Origin: Callorhinchus milii
Lineage: Eukaryota
Assembly: GCF_018977255.1 (NCBI RefSeq)
Contig: NW_024704743.1
Span: 7,504,001-7,568,000 of the forward strand
Direction of reading: 5' to 3'
Length of the DNA: 64,000 nucleotides
The position numbers and the translations under genes were made by a program. Shown here one piece after another: positions 37,680-51,489 of this stretch; the first letter of the stretch is position 1, and every line of letters begins with the position of its first letter. Under the pieces are notes generated by a model, which had not been told where the DNA came from, did not search any database, and saw nothing but the letters and a program-made list of their open reading frames with translations.

Positions 37680-38550
37680 GAACAACAACAAAAAAATTAC
37701 ATTTGCATAGCGCCTTTCACGTCGGGAGGACGTCCCAAGGTGCTGGACAGACAGAGTTACGGACCCAAGCCTGGAGTCGGGGTGGGGGAGAGGGGAGGGT
37801 AGGGGGGGAAGCAGGGAGATCAAAATCACAGTCGAAGATGAGGGTCTTGAGGTGGGTCTTGAAGGAGGCGAGGGAGGGGGCGAGACAGAGGGACTGCGGG
37901 ATGGAGTTCCAGAGGGTGGGTGCAGAGTGGCGGTTGGACAGTTGGGTCAAGACCCGAGCAGGGGGGAAATGGTCAGGGTGAGGGGAGGGAAGGGGGGAGG
38001 TGATGGGGAGGGAAGGGAGTGAAGCAGGCCAGAGCCCGCTGAGCGGTGGGAGCGAGCAAGATGGTAGGAGGTTATGAGGTCAGAGAGATAGAGGGGAGCA
38101 AGACCGTGGAGGGCTTTGAAGGTGAGGACCAGGATCTTGAACTTTATCCTCCGTGTGATGGGAAGCCTGTGGAGTTGGGCGAGAATGGGGGTGATCGGGT
38201 CGAGGAGCCTGGTGTGGGAGAGGACACGGGCTGCAGAGTTCTGGATGATATGCAGCCTGTGGCGGGAGGAGTTGGAGAGGCGGACAAACAGTGAGTTTGC
38301 ATAGTCGCGCATTGATGTAATTAAGGGTTTTGGTGGCCTGCGCTGTGAGACAGAGGCGGATCCGGGTGACGTTGCAGAAGTGGGGGATGGCAGAGTGAGT
38401 CATAGCGCAGATGTGGGGTAGAAAGGACAGTTGAATGTCAAACAAGACCCCAAGGTTCCAGACTGGCTTAGCAAGGTGGAGTGTGCGACCAGGGATTGTG
38501 ATGCTGTCAGGACTTGAGATGAGGAGGCGCTGACGGGAGCCAATCAGGAG
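37680..38550 (-). mobile_element. L2 LINE 3' fragment
   Basis: Minus ORFs RDYANSL...IQNSAARVL...IKFKILVLTFKALHGLAP and NLGVLFD, with a (CAA)n tail at 37680. Confidence 0.9.
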
Positions 38551-38770
38551 AATAATAATAATCATAATCCTTGAATTTGATATGGCGCCTTATCATGTTG
38601 TTGAGACGTCTCAAAGTATTTCACAGAATATATTGTAAAGTGAATTGACAGTCAGAAATCTAGACCCAGACAGAACATCATCTCCAAATGTGTGTGAATT
38701 CTCAGCTATTAGGAAATGTTAGCTTTATCAGGAGCAGCGCCTGGAAAAGCATAACACAATTCTCAAATAT

Positions 38771-38786
38771 GCCACAAGGTGGCAGC
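38771..38786 (+). promoter_or_regulatory. Candidate CTCF-binding site
   Basis: gccacaaggtggcagc matches the CCACNAGGTGGCAG core, in non-repeat sequence. Confidence 0.4.
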
Positions 38787-39214
38787 TGGACGGAGCATTG
38801 AAACTGCACAAAATTGTCAACTGGCTTAGAAAGCAAAGCTATCACTGTTATCATTGGACATCATGTGGAATTCTCTACTCTTTTCCCCCATTCATATTCT
38901 TTGAGGGAAAAACTCACCCAGAGGCCCAGGGAGACAGCGGTCTAGATTTACTCTATTTATGTAGCATTTTAGAGCGTGCTGAATTTGAATTTGGAATTTG
39001 GAAAATTGTTAAATTCAGTGTGAACCTTTTCTGCGGTTCTTAAAAGAAACGTACAGAAAAATCTGTTTCAAACTTCAAAAATCTAGACCCAGGTGGAATG
39101 TCTTGCTTCTCTGTGCGTTAGCAGCAAATAACAACAACAATAAATTTATATAGTACTGTTCACGTCAGGAGGAGATCCCAAGGCTAATGCGTGTGTGTGT
39201 GTGTATGTGTGTGA

Positions 39215-39570
39215 GACTGGGTCAGTTGGTAGCACTCTCGTCTCTGAGTCCTAAGGTTGTCTCACATTGGAACTTGTTGACCTTCAGGTGAGATGTTAAA
39301 CTGCCTGTGCAAAGGATATAAAAGATCCCATGGCACTATTCAAAAAGGGAAGGGTGTTTCTCCTGGTGTCCTGGCCAACAATCCCCCATATCAAATTTGT
39401 CATCCACTCCATGGCTGACAGTGAGACATTGCAGTAGGAAATTGGTTGCCATGTTCCTCTACAAAATACACACAATCACGCTGCTTTACAATAACACTTG
39501 TGAATTGCTTGGAGATGTCTTGACAGCGTGATAAATGATGCTATATCAGATGCAAGCATTATTATTATCA
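39215..39570 (+). mobile_element. Deu-domain SINE
   Basis: gtcagttggtagcactctcgtctctgagtc head and aaagatcccatggcactattcaaaa...tctcctggtgtcctggccaac core. Confidence 0.82.
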
Positions 39571-42349
39571 TGTATACAGTAAGATCTTGTTAAGAACAGT
39601 ATTGGTGCACACTGAGTTGATTAAAAACACCACAGGCCATGATAGTTTCTGTACAGCTGTGGCTTGGAAAAGGAAGTGGTGAGAGGGAGGGCAGGGAGAA
39701 GGGAGAGTAGCAGGTCAGGGTTGAGCAGTTTGAGGTATGGGCTTCATAAATATTCTTGACTTCTTGCTTGTTTACTTTTGAGGTTTGGTAGATCACAAAA
39801 AGTTTACTGTGTAAAAGTTTACACAGAATGAGTCATTGTCCCTGTCATGTCTGTGCTGGAGATATCCTCTTTGATTTTATCCCTAGGTTTTTTTCTCATA
39901 CCCTTTAATATTTTCCCTCAACTATTTATCCAATTCCTTTCTACCATCAGTTGCCTAGTTTACGTATTCCACGCCTCTAACTTCTGACCCCTGTCTACTC
40001 CTCAGTTTCGACTCTCCGCGCCCTCTCTACCTGTCTTCAAGTCCCACCTCAAAATCTATCTCTTTGACCGTGTCTGAGATGGAAGTAAGCTGGTGTGGTC
40101 AGAGGATGAACATTTTAAAGGATCGAACAAACACAGAACTTCTCCACAGGATAATAATAATAATCCTTGCATTTGATTTAGAGCCTTATCACGTCTTCGA
40201 GACATCTCAAAGCGCTTCACAGAATATACTGTAAAACATTTTGTGGGTGAAATGCGGCAACCAATTGCGCACAGCAGTTTCCCGCAAACAGTCGTGGATT
40301 GAAGTGTCCAAATTATTTTTTTCTTTTTTAAAAATGAGTCAGATGCAGTGAACAATAGGGAAGATCAATATGGCCAGCGCCTGAATATCAAACCAGTTAC
40401 AGAAAAAAATTGTTTTCAATATCTAATTTATAAAACAAACATCACTTAGAGTGAGAAGCTCTGTAACATTCATTCAGATTCTTGCCAATTCACCACAGTT
40501 CCTCATTCAATTACATTTTGGCTTGGAAACAGCGTTTTATTATAAATCCTGTGTATTGGTGATGCAATCGGTAGGTAACATAATCTGCTTCTTAGGGCTA
40601 TCATGGTGAATTGCTTCCCAAGAAACAAAACTTGATCTAAAGGGGTTGCCAATGCTCAGAGCTATAGAGGCCCAGAGCTACACACTGCCAAACTCATTGT
40701 CTCTCTGCAGTTACGTATGTAACTCAAGAGCCAGTCTAATCATCTACTGCCCCAAATGGCCAGTCAACTATCATGTGATCAGACTTCTGAGCTTCACTTA
40801 ATGGAAATAGATGCATTGTAACTCACTCTATGGATCAGTTTAATTTAATCAGCTTTTCTTACTTAAGCATTTAGTCAACTGGGAGAGTACTGCATTGTCG
40901 GAGATATTGTCCTTTGGATGAGGCAGTAAACTGAGATCCCTTATATCTATTTAAGTGAATATTAAAGATCCCTTGGCACTAATCAAACAGAAAAGGGACT
41001 TTCTCCCAGTGTCCTGGCCAACAATCTCCCACATAAAATTGGTCATTCACTTCACAGCTGTTTGGTGGATATTCCAGCAAATTGGGATGTCCTCCTGACA
41101 TGAAAGGCACTATGCAAATGTAATTTTGTGTTGCACAGACTGGTTGCAGCATTTGCCTGCAAATACCCTAACCCTAAACCTCACAATAAAATCCTGTGAA
41201 GAGCTTTGCGATGTCTCAGTGACATGATAAGATGCTATACCAAATGCAAGCATCATTATTCTTGTAACCCTAATGGATTTGACCAACAAAGAGCTCATCG
41301 CAAGCAATTCTTACAGAAAGAAAACAACAGTGTAATGTGAGGAGCTCTTGGACACTCAGGGAATTGTCTGACATGTGATGCCAGAAGGCAAGTCTGCCAT
41401 GAAATTCAAACAGGAAAACACTCGGATCATTTTCAGAAAGATAACTATTATTGCAGTATCAGAGACCCACATTGACAACAGACCCAGGAACCATAAGTGC
41501 ATAATCGAGGCCATTATTTATTCTGAGTCATTCAGTGACTCAATCGTTCCAGAATCAACTGTTGGGCCAATTGAAGATGTTGGAGGAGGTAAAATGAAGA
41601 GACACAAAATAAATAAATGGGATTGGGCATCTGTGGTCAGCCGGGCTCAGTTGGTAGCAATCTCGTGTCTGAGTCAGAAGGTTATCCAATACAATGAGTC
41701 ATCATCATAGTGAAGTATCCTAACAGCCCTTCCAGAAATCACAAGGAGAAGCAAATACGCCAGTAGGGGAAGCTCTTGCACTGTTGTAGGATGCTAAGTG
41801 GAGCACATTGATAAGCTATGGTCAGTCAGTGGTCAAACTACAGAAATCTGAATGATCTTATTGCCAATAATGTTTTCCTATGTACCCATACATTTCTTCG
41901 CTTTTGGTTAAACTCATCTATGCCTTGTCACCTCCTGCCTTGATTTTTTAAACACACTCCTCACTGATCTCTCCACTTCCGCCATCCATAAATTCCAGCT
42001 AATCCCAAACTCCTCCACCCATATCCCCATCCACAGCAAATTCCACACGCCTCACTCTATTTCTATCTCTTCAACCTCTTCACTTGCACCTATGGTCACC
42101 ACCTTCTTCTCCCTCCCTGGCTTGGCATCCAAACCCACGACTCTACAATGCTCTACAAGACATTATCTAATGTGAAGGGCACTGTATAACTGCAAGTTGT
42201 TGTTGTTAAAATCCAGTCTTACCCTCAATACACAGACAGGGATTCCCAAACTTTGTATTTTGCCAACCTGCGCCCAAACTAAGCAGGATATGACAAGCAG
42301 AATGCAAAATCCTCTGGGGCTGAAGATTGCTGAGAAGACTCTTATAAAA

Positions 42350-42628
42350 ATAATAAACCTTACATTTGATACAGCGCCTTATGACATTGTTGACACATCT
42401 CAAATCGCTTCACAGAATATACTGTAAAGTGGATTGACTGTGTGTTTTGTGGGCAAAACAAGGCAGTCAATTGTGCACAGAGGTGTTCCATAAACAGTCG
42501 TGGATTGAGTTTCTAAAACTTTTTTTAGGGATTATTACCCTCAAAAAGAGATCCGCCAATCGAATGACAACCAGGTTCCTACTTACTGCTGGGTATACGG
42601 AGGTGTGTGGAGTAAGGAAAGTTGCTTA
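42350..42628 (-). mobile_element. tRNA-derived SINE (headless)
   Basis: rc of gcaactttccttactccacac...gtaagtaggaacc...gataaggcgct tail. Confidence 0.8.
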
Positions 42629-43700
42629 ACAACAACAAAATTACATTTGTAAAGTGTCTTTCACGTCGGGAGGACGTCCCAAAGAGCTGAATAGTCAGGG
42701 ATCAGGACCTGAGCATGGTGGGGGGCAGGGTTGGGATGAGGGAGGGCAGAAGAGGTAGGAGCAGGGCTGAAGGCACGGTCGAAAAGGAGGGTCTTGAGAT
42801 GTACTTTGAAGGAGGCAAGAGAGGGAGTGAGGTGAAAGGATTGTAGGATGGAGTTCCAAAGAGTGGGGGCAGAAAGACTGAAAGCCTATGGTAGGGTGGG
42901 AGACATGGAGAAGGCCTTAGCCTGCTGAGTGGAGTGAGCAGACAGGTTGAAAGCGGGTCAGCAGGTCAGAGATATAGGAGGGGGCAAGGCCGTGGAGGGC
43001 CTTGAAAGTGAGGACGAGGATTTTGAATTCTATCCTCTGAGGGATGGGGAGCCAGTGGAGCCGGTCGAGGTTGGGGGTGATGGGGTCATAGAGCTTGGTG
43101 AAGGAGAGTTCTGGATGATCTGCAGCTTGTGGAGGGAAGAATTGGGGAGGCCGACAAGGAGAGAGTTTCCATAGTCGAGCCTTGAGGTGAAGAATGCGTG
43201 TATGAGGATCTCAGCGGCCTGAGGGGTGAGACAGTGGCGCAGTCGGGCAATGTTACGGAGGTGCGGAAAGGCAGAACGGGTCATGGCATGGATATGGGGG
43301 AGAAATGACAGTTGAGGACCGAACAAGATGCCCAGGTTCCTAACTGACTTGGTGAGGTTGAGTGTGCAACCATGGATGCTGATGCTGCCAGTGCCTGAGG
43401 TATGCAAGCCTATCAGGAGGACCTCAGTTTCGCTGACATTCAGCTGTAGAAAGTTGGCTCTCATCCAGGACTTGATGTCAGACAGACAGTCTGTCGGAAC
43501 GTCAGTTGTCCTGGAATGGAGGGTGGAGGAGATAGAGTTGGGTGTCATCCGTGTACATGTGGAAGTTGAACCCCATGTCTGTAGATGATGTCATTAAGGA
43601 GGAGAGGTAGAGGTTGAAAAGGAGAGGATCGAGGACAGAGCCCCGAAGAACACCACCTGAAACTGTGCGGGGGCTGGAAGAGAAACCGTTGGTGGAGACA
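42629..43700 (-). mobile_element. L2 LINE 3' fragment with RT core
   Basis: Minus ORF 43030..43548: DIKSWMRANFLQLN, RNLGILF, HLRNIARLR, SRLDYGNSLL. (CAA)n tail at 42629. Confidence 0.9.
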
Positions 43701-46700
43701 ATTTGGAGATGGTGTGAGAGATAGCACCTGAACCATACAAGGACAGAACCTTAGTTTCGGCCAAGGTTTCACCCCGTCCGGAAATCAAACCTGGATCCTC
43801 TCGCTTGCTAACCACCACACTACAGGAATCTATGTGCCTTATCATGTTGTCGAGATATAGTGATATAGTGCCTTATCACGTTGTCAAGATATCTAGAACT
43901 TCACTTGTGAGGCAAGCGCACTAACCACTACACTATGGGACTCCAACCAGAAGAGGTTCCTTCCTGAGGTTCCTTAAAGCTTTCCTAGAAGAAAGCTTTA
44001 AGAATGCTTTAAAGAACACCGCAAATTTTACCTTTAGTTTATTTCCTACTGCCCACTAATAATGTACAAAAATGTCAGTTAATGGTTAAAACATATTTGA
44101 GTCTGCAACAATTCAGCTACAACAATAAGGTTTTTGCTCTGTGTCTTTCACTTCATTACATGAGTGTGATTGAAGTGCTGGTGAATCACTCTAACAAAGA
44201 GCACATTAAATGGAAACAGTTTTCAGGCTACAAACTAACTCCTGATGTTGCAAATATGTTTTGAGAACCATATGTAAACATTACAGCTTTCCAAAAGCAG
44301 CTGATGCCCTACTGCCGTACTGGGCAAGAGCTGCATTGTGGACAAGGTATCATTCAGATTAAATTTAAAAAATTGACGTTCCGTCTGCTTGATTTCAGGA
44401 TGTCAGGAAACTATTCAAAAAGGAAGTGAGTTTCTCATAACAATATCTTAGACAACAGTCCTTCAGATTAATTGATCATTCATCTCGTGGCTCTTTGTGG
44501 AACTTGGCTGGTGCAAAGCTTGATAGTAATTATTCGTGAAGCACTTTGAGATGTTTTGACGTGATAAGACGCTATCAAAATACAAGTTCCTCCTTTCCTT
44601 ATTTGCTGACATCTGGGAAGAATGATCAAAGTGTTGTTGGAAGGCTGAGGTAATAACTGAGGGGATTCAAATGATAGAAGTCCATGGCGAATCCTGCAGA
44701 TGTTGAGATGTATTTGCAGACGATTCAAGAATGTAAATGAAATAATAACAACGAGGTTATTACGCTCTGGAAAATCTCACAATACGCCTTGCAGCCTGAT
44801 GGCAAACAGTCTGACGCTTGAAAGAATATTTTCCAGTGCTCTGGGAAATCAAGTCACAAGACAATATCTTAAAGAATGCGTTCTCCATTTTTTCCCCTTC
44901 CCTCATCTCTCCCCTCCCAATGCTGCAAAGTAAAACCTAGAGATCATGTTTAAGTTGGATTGTCACCGATGCAACCAGCTATGTTCACAGTAGAAACATG
45001 TAATCCCCAAAATTCCACTTACTCTTAGCCAGTAGGGATGTTTAAAAGACAAATAGTCAGATACTTGGGTGATAGAGTAGTTCTGCTAAGATCTAATCAG
45101 TTGTTGTAACAAGCTCGATGGGCTGGATGGCCTCTTCCTGTTCCTGTTTTCCTATGTTGCAAATTTAAGATTGTGCAGAATTGTTGGAAATTCTTACATC
45201 GTTCTTAATTTTTAAGAACTATAGAAAATCAGTTTCCAAATGAAGGCTGAACTAAATTTTTTCCAAATTTCGCCTGATCTTAAATTTTAAGACAAAATCG
45301 ATTTAACAGGGTAAGACTAGGAGGATTTAAGGTCCAGGAAGTGATTAGCATTACCCAGGATATTGATCTGAGATGCACATGATAATAATAATCCTTGTAT
45401 TTGCATTTGGTTTAGCCCCTTTCTCATCAGGAGGATGTCTCAAAGGGCTTTACAGGATTTACTGTGACGTGTTGTGACAGTATCTGTAGCCAATTTGCAC
45501 GCAGGAATGTCCCACAAACAGCCATGAATTGAGCAACCAAGTTAATTGTTGGCTGGGTTGCCAGGAAAAGCTTCCTTCACATCATAGTTCAACCATTCCC
45601 AGTTGTTCATTTTCCACAACAACAACTTGCATTGTATATTATTTATTTATATAGCATTCTTGACTTAGAATAATGCCCCCGAGCTAGATTTACAGACAGA
45701 AGGGATGAGACAGAGGATTGGGGGTGAGGGGGATTCTGAGTTTAGAGACTTAGCTGCATAATAACATACATTAGCTGGTATAATAGTATATGTGTTCCTT
45801 TTGATGGTATAGTTTTACTTTTGGATGACATAATATCCTTGCGCAAAACATATAGTCACGACACTTTACAATATTTCCCGTGAAGAACTTTGGGATATCC
45901 TCCTAATGTGAAAGGCGCTATATCAAATGTAAGGGTTATTATTATTAACATCTACAGATTGACTGACGTAAACCTTCCTTTGCTATGCAAAACGCAGCGG
46001 TTTGTAGCGCACAATCCAAATAGAACACAATCTGCTCAAGCGGACATTCCATGCACTTCTGTGGTTGATAGAAATAGATCCACCCATAATTGTACTAAAA
46101 CAATGCTGTGAGCAAGTACAGATGCACTTTATAGCCTCTGGTTATGCTGGGGTAAAGGCTTTGAACTATGGCCAGGGTTGGATGTGACTGGAAATAGCCC
46201 CGCCTTGCATGCTGCACACATGTTTTGGAACCAGATGATTACAACTCACAGCAGGAGTTTTATTAATGAATAAATGGTTTCAGCACGAGTAGATGATTTG
46301 GCTCTAACTAAGTTGAAGAATGCACAAAAAGTGAACACATAATGAGCCATCGACATTGTAACTCTTATTATAATGTTAAGATCTGCCCCACCATCGGTAA
46401 ACTTCCACTGCTGTTCCTGCTCTCTGGAATTCCATCCCAGAGTCCCTCTGTTTTGCTCGCTCTCTCCCTTCCTTCAAAACCTATCTTGACCAAGTTTTTG
46501 GCCACCTCCCCCCCCACCCCCAGCCCACTCATCTTCTGTTAGTCAACTGTGTGTAGTGCTTTAAGATGTCCTCCTGATGTGAAAGGCCCTATATAAATAT
46601 AAATTGTTGTTTAAACATCCAAATTGATTCTGTATCTTCTGACTCCTGAGCCAGTGCATTCCATATATTCGCAACCATTTATATGAAGAAAGGTTTTCTG

Positions 46701-47899
46701 ATCTCACTTCTAACTGATTCTGAGGGAAAAATCTGTCATCTTGCTTGTTAACCTGTGTTCTCTAATTCTGTGCTCACGGTTTTACAACATCAACCACAAA
46801 ATTACATGTGTATAGCGCCTTTCACGTCAGGAGGACAAATAAGGTATAAGCCAAACAGATGCAAAGACCTCTATCATTGCACCTCTCAGCATATTGAAAA
46901 TTGCTCTTGAAATGCAAACAAGAACTTGAACTTTTAGAGTTGAAATGACTTCAAATTACTGTCATGTGTAGAGACTATTTTTTCTGTATAAACACAACAG
47001 CCATTTTAACACTGCAAAGTCTAGGGCACCAGGAGAAATTCCCCTTATGTTCTGAGCAATACAGTGGGATCTTTAACTCCCAGTCAATGAACAGGCAAAC
47101 AGAACTTCCATTCAACAAGGTTTGTATCCCTGATGGTGCAGCACTACCCCAGTACTGTACTGGAGCTTTAGCCAAGACTATCAGCTCAATACAATACAAT
47201 ACAATACAAATTTATAATTGTATAGCATCTTTCACGTCGGGAGTACGTCCCAAGATGCTTTACAGCCCAGGCTTAGCATCCGTGCCGGGGGTGACAGCCG
47301 AGGAGGGATGAGGAGGGGAAAGATGACTGAAGGCTTGGTCAGAGAGGTAGGCCTGAGATGGACCTTGAAAGAGGCGAGGGAGGGGACAAGTTGGAGGGAC
47401 TCCAGGATGGAGTTCCAGAGAATAAGTCTTGAACTCAAAGCTTCTGCCCCAGAGACGAGGGCGCTACCAAGTGAGACAGGCAGCCACCTATTGACAAGAG
47501 CTGAACTGTTGTATCTCTCCCAATATATTAAAGACCCAGTTCCTGAAATCATCCTTGTTAACCTTGCTTGCCTGGCACTGTCTCCATAGGAACATTGACC
47601 TCTGAACTGAAAGATTTCCGAGGTAATAATCACACAATAAATCCTCTCTGCATGTCTCGTCTGGCTAATGTTTATGGTGCCACCGTAATTAATTTACAAC
47701 TGGGCTTAATTTCCAGCTCCCTGTAACTTTAACAACCATACACCCCAACCATTTTATGACCACAGATACTCTACTGATTGTCCTTACGAATTACTGCATC
47801 ATTTAAAATCACACTTAACTTTTGTGGGAAAAATTCCACCTGGGTTTAGTATTTCAGAGCATCCAGTATTTGTCAAATTGTTAAATTAAGTCTTAATAA

Positions 47900-50750
47900 G
47901 AACATAAAAATTTGCAAGGCGAAAAAAGACCAAGGTCCATCTAGTTCACCTTCCACCATCCTGGCAGACGCTTGACATGTCATGCCCCAAGCTATATATT
48001 GTATCCTGAGATGTTATTTTCCAGCAGATATCTGTCTAATTTGTTCTTGAAACAAACAACATTTATGCTTATGTTCTGACAAAGGGTCGTAGACCTGAAA
48101 CTTTTATTCACTTTCCTTTCTCTATAGATGTTGCCTGATCTGCTGAGTTTTCCCAGCTCTCTCCGTTTTTGTTTCAGATTTCCAGCATCTGCAGTATTTT
48201 GTGGTTTGAACATTTTCTGCTTCACTGTCTCCCTAGGAAGCCTGTTCTATAAGTTTACTACTCGCTCATTGAAGCAGGGTTTCCATAGATTTGTTCTGAA
48301 TTTACCCTCCTTCAATTTCAGGCCATATCCTTTGGTTCTACTGTTCAACACAACATAAAACAGCTTATCATGGTCGACATTATCTATTCCCTTCAGAATC
48401 TTAAAGACCATAACCACATCCTTCTCTTCTTCAGTGCAAACATTCCCAGTTTATCTAATCGCTCCTCATAGTTCAATCTCTCCATCCCCTCAATCATTTT
48501 GGTTGCCCTCCTTTGTACCCTCTCAATCACTGCAAAATCCTTTTTATATTGTGATGACCAGAACTGCATGCAAGTGCGGTCACACCAGTGATATATAAAG
48601 TGGCAGGATTACCCCATTATTTCGGCTCAATATTGCCCTTTCGACTCAGCTTGGGTCTGAAACACTGACTGTCCAGTGCCTTGGGATGTCCTCCCAATGT
48701 GAAAAGCGCTGTACAAATGTAATTTTGCTGTTGTTTTAATACAGCCAAGCATCTGGTTTGCCTTACTTGCTGTAACAGAGCACTGTTGGGATAACTTCAA
48801 TTTATTATCAATCAGAATCCCCAGGTCCTCTAAATTTTCCATACAGATTATTTTCTTACCATTTAAATAATAATCCCTTCCTGGATTTTTTGACCCCTCT
48901 TTGTATTACTCTACATTAAATTTCATCTGCCATTGACCTGCCCAATTCCCAAGAATGTTCAAGTCCTTCTGTAACCTATTATGTTCATACTTGCAATTTT
49001 CATTAGCCTTGTGTCATCTGCAAATTTAGCCACTGTGCGTGTGACTCCAAGCGGTTTATGAAGATGTTAAATAAAAGAGGTTCCCTGTGGAACTCCTGGC
49101 AACATTCTCCCAGCCTGATGACGTTCCCTGTACCACCATCTTCTGGGTTCTATCGGTCAACCAATCGTGTATCCATTGCAAGATACTTCTGCTTTCTTTA
49201 TTTTCAGTACCAGCCTTTTACGAGGAACTGTATCAAAGGCCTTACTGAAATCCAGATATTCAGCATCCACTGCCTTAACCCTTATCCAGCTCCTTTGTCA
49301 CACAGTCAAAGAAAAACAGTAAATTAGTTTGGCAGAATCTCACTTTCCTAAATCCATATTGGCTATCTTTTATCATTTTATTACTGTTCAGATGCTCCAT
49401 GACCTTTTTTTTATGAGTCTCCATAACTTTACCCACAATGGACATCAAACTCACTGGTCTGTACTTTCCTGGGTCACTTTTGCTACCTTTTTTAAAAATA
49501 GGTGCAATATCTGCTTTTCTCCAGTCCCCAGGCACTTCTCCGGTATCCTATGATTTCTGAAAGATTTGTGCCAGAGTTCCTGAAATTTCCTCCCTTAGTT
49601 CCTTAAGAATCCTCAGATGCAATGTGTCCGTCCCTTGTGATTTGTTTACCTTAAGTTTGAACAGTTGTTTAGCAACCATGCCAAACTCTATGTATAGTGT
49701 CACAACTTGCCAATGTTCTCCTTCCAGATCCAATAAATTTCTCATCTGCTCTTTACTAAAAGCTGAGGCAAAAAACGTATTCAGTACTTCTACGGCTTGT
49801 GTAGCATCATTTGTCATATCCTCACCCGATCTCACCTTCAATGCCTTATTCCATCCCTCGTTTTCTTTTTCTTTTAATGTAACTGAAAAGCATTTTATTG
49901 TTATCCTTCACATCTCTTGCCATGTTCAGGTCAAAAATTTTCTTTGCTCCGGATACCTTTCTTACAATCCTAGCGTGCCTTCTGGTAATGAGTCCATCTT
50001 TCGCCTGTGCCATTTTCCTTTATGACCTTCAATGCCTTTTTTTTCCTCTTTATGAGTTGTTTTGTGGCCCCTCCAACCAGGGGAGTGCCCTTAAGCCTGG
50101 TACCTTTGCTTTGCAAGGGTACACATTGATCCATTGCATTCCGAATTACCTCCTTGAATCAGCTCCATAGTTTCTCTGCTCCCTTAGCCATGTTTAAACC
50201 TGCCAGGCCTGCTCTAACAAAATTTCTCTATCGCATAAAATTGACCTTAAAAATTAGCAATTTTGTTTTTGTTTTTATAACCTCAGCAATTTGTGTAATA
50301 TCAAATGTGATAACATTAGGATCACTGTTGCTTAATCCCTCACCCACCTTTGTGTTGGAGATTGGATCGTTCCTGTTACTCATAACCAAATCCAAAATGT
50401 TATTTCCCCTTGTTGGCTCTTTTACAAACTGAGTCAAAAACACTCTTCCTTTAACTCTAGAAATTCCTTCCCTATCTTACCAGTAGACACATTTTTATCC
50501 CAATCAATTCCTGGTAAGTTAAAATCTCCAACTACGATAGTTGGTTCCTTACTAGCCGCCTTCCTTATCTCATCCCAAAGTTCCAGATGAAGGCTGTCAT
50601 CCTGGACTGGGGGTCTATAGGAAAACCTCAATAATAGTTTACCTCTGTTGCCATTTATTAATTCTACCCAAAGTGATTCTGTGGCTGCCCTTTCCTTTTT
50701 TTATATCCTCTCTCACTTGTGCTTCAATACTGGAATTTATAAATGTTACA
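47900..50750 (-). mobile_element. CR1 LINE ORF2 relic (APE endonuclease plus RT), frameshifted, with two nested inserts
   Basis: Minus ORFs YRPP...VVGDFNLPGIDW, LTQFVKEPTRGNNILDLVMSN, LHLRILKEL, PGDWRKADIAPIFKKGSKSDPGKYRPVSL, DLGILID...KANQMLGCIK. Interrupted by an L2 tail (about 48620-48735) and a Penelope terminus (48071-48208). Confidence 0.92.
48071..48208 (+). mobile_element. Penelope-like element terminal fragment with minimal hammerhead-like core
   Basis: ctgacaaagggtcgtagacctgaaac...agatgttgcctgatctgctgagttttcccagc...tttcagatttccagcatctgcagtatttt resembles the common shark PLE terminus. A second relic lies at about 2425-2470. Confidence 0.65.
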
Positions 50751-50924
50751 GTAAAATTGTGAAACCCAGGATTTCATGAAATTCCTGAAATTTTCAATAA
50801 AATTGTGAAACCATGAAATCGCTGAAATTACGAGTCAGGAGTTTCGTGAAAGAGTGATCCCAGCATTGGGCAATAACAACAACAACAACAACAACAAATT
50901 ACATTACGCCTTTCACGTCAAGAG

Positions 50925-51198
50925 GTCAGGAATAAAAGGTATTCCAGGAACATCCTTCGTGTTATAATTAATAGAGATTTAGACATTGACCAGTCAGTAC
51001 TGGATAGCAGTGAAGGCTGGCATCCTGAGGGGTCACTGTTCCAGGAACCAATTTGACCTCTGCCCACAACGATTGTTAACAGAGACCTGCGTCAACCAGG
51101 AGAAGTCAGTGTCACTCCGTGACGCTATCGCTGCACAGTCTGTTTTTGGTGGACAAGGCTTTACGAAGTGTAACTGCAAACCACAATGTGACTTTTAG
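50925..51198 (+). pseudogene. Ginger2/TDD-type (KRBA2/SCAND3-like) integrase C-terminal fragment
   Basis: YSRNILRVIINRDLDIDQ, a frameshift, then YWIAVKAGILRGHCSRNQFDLCPQRLL...VSLRDAIAAQSVFGGQGFTKCNCK. SRNQF and GGQGFxKCNC are recalled hallmarks of this family. Confidence 0.72.
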
Positions 51199-51489
51199 TG
51201 GCATGGAAGCTTTACTCTTGTTAACAAATGAACATTTGACTCATCAGTGAATGAAACGTCACATGACATTTATGATGAATAGAATCATAGAGTTATACGG
51301 CACAGAAGGAGGCCATTCAGCCCAAAATCAATCCCACTCCCCTGCGCTCTCCCCATAGACCTGCAAACTTGTCCTTCCCAAATAGTTATCTATTTCTCTC
51401 TTAAAAGTTGTTATCGAATCGGCTTCCAACAGCCTTTCAGTCAAGGCATTCTCGAACCAAACAATTCGCTGTGTGAAAAAATGTATCGC

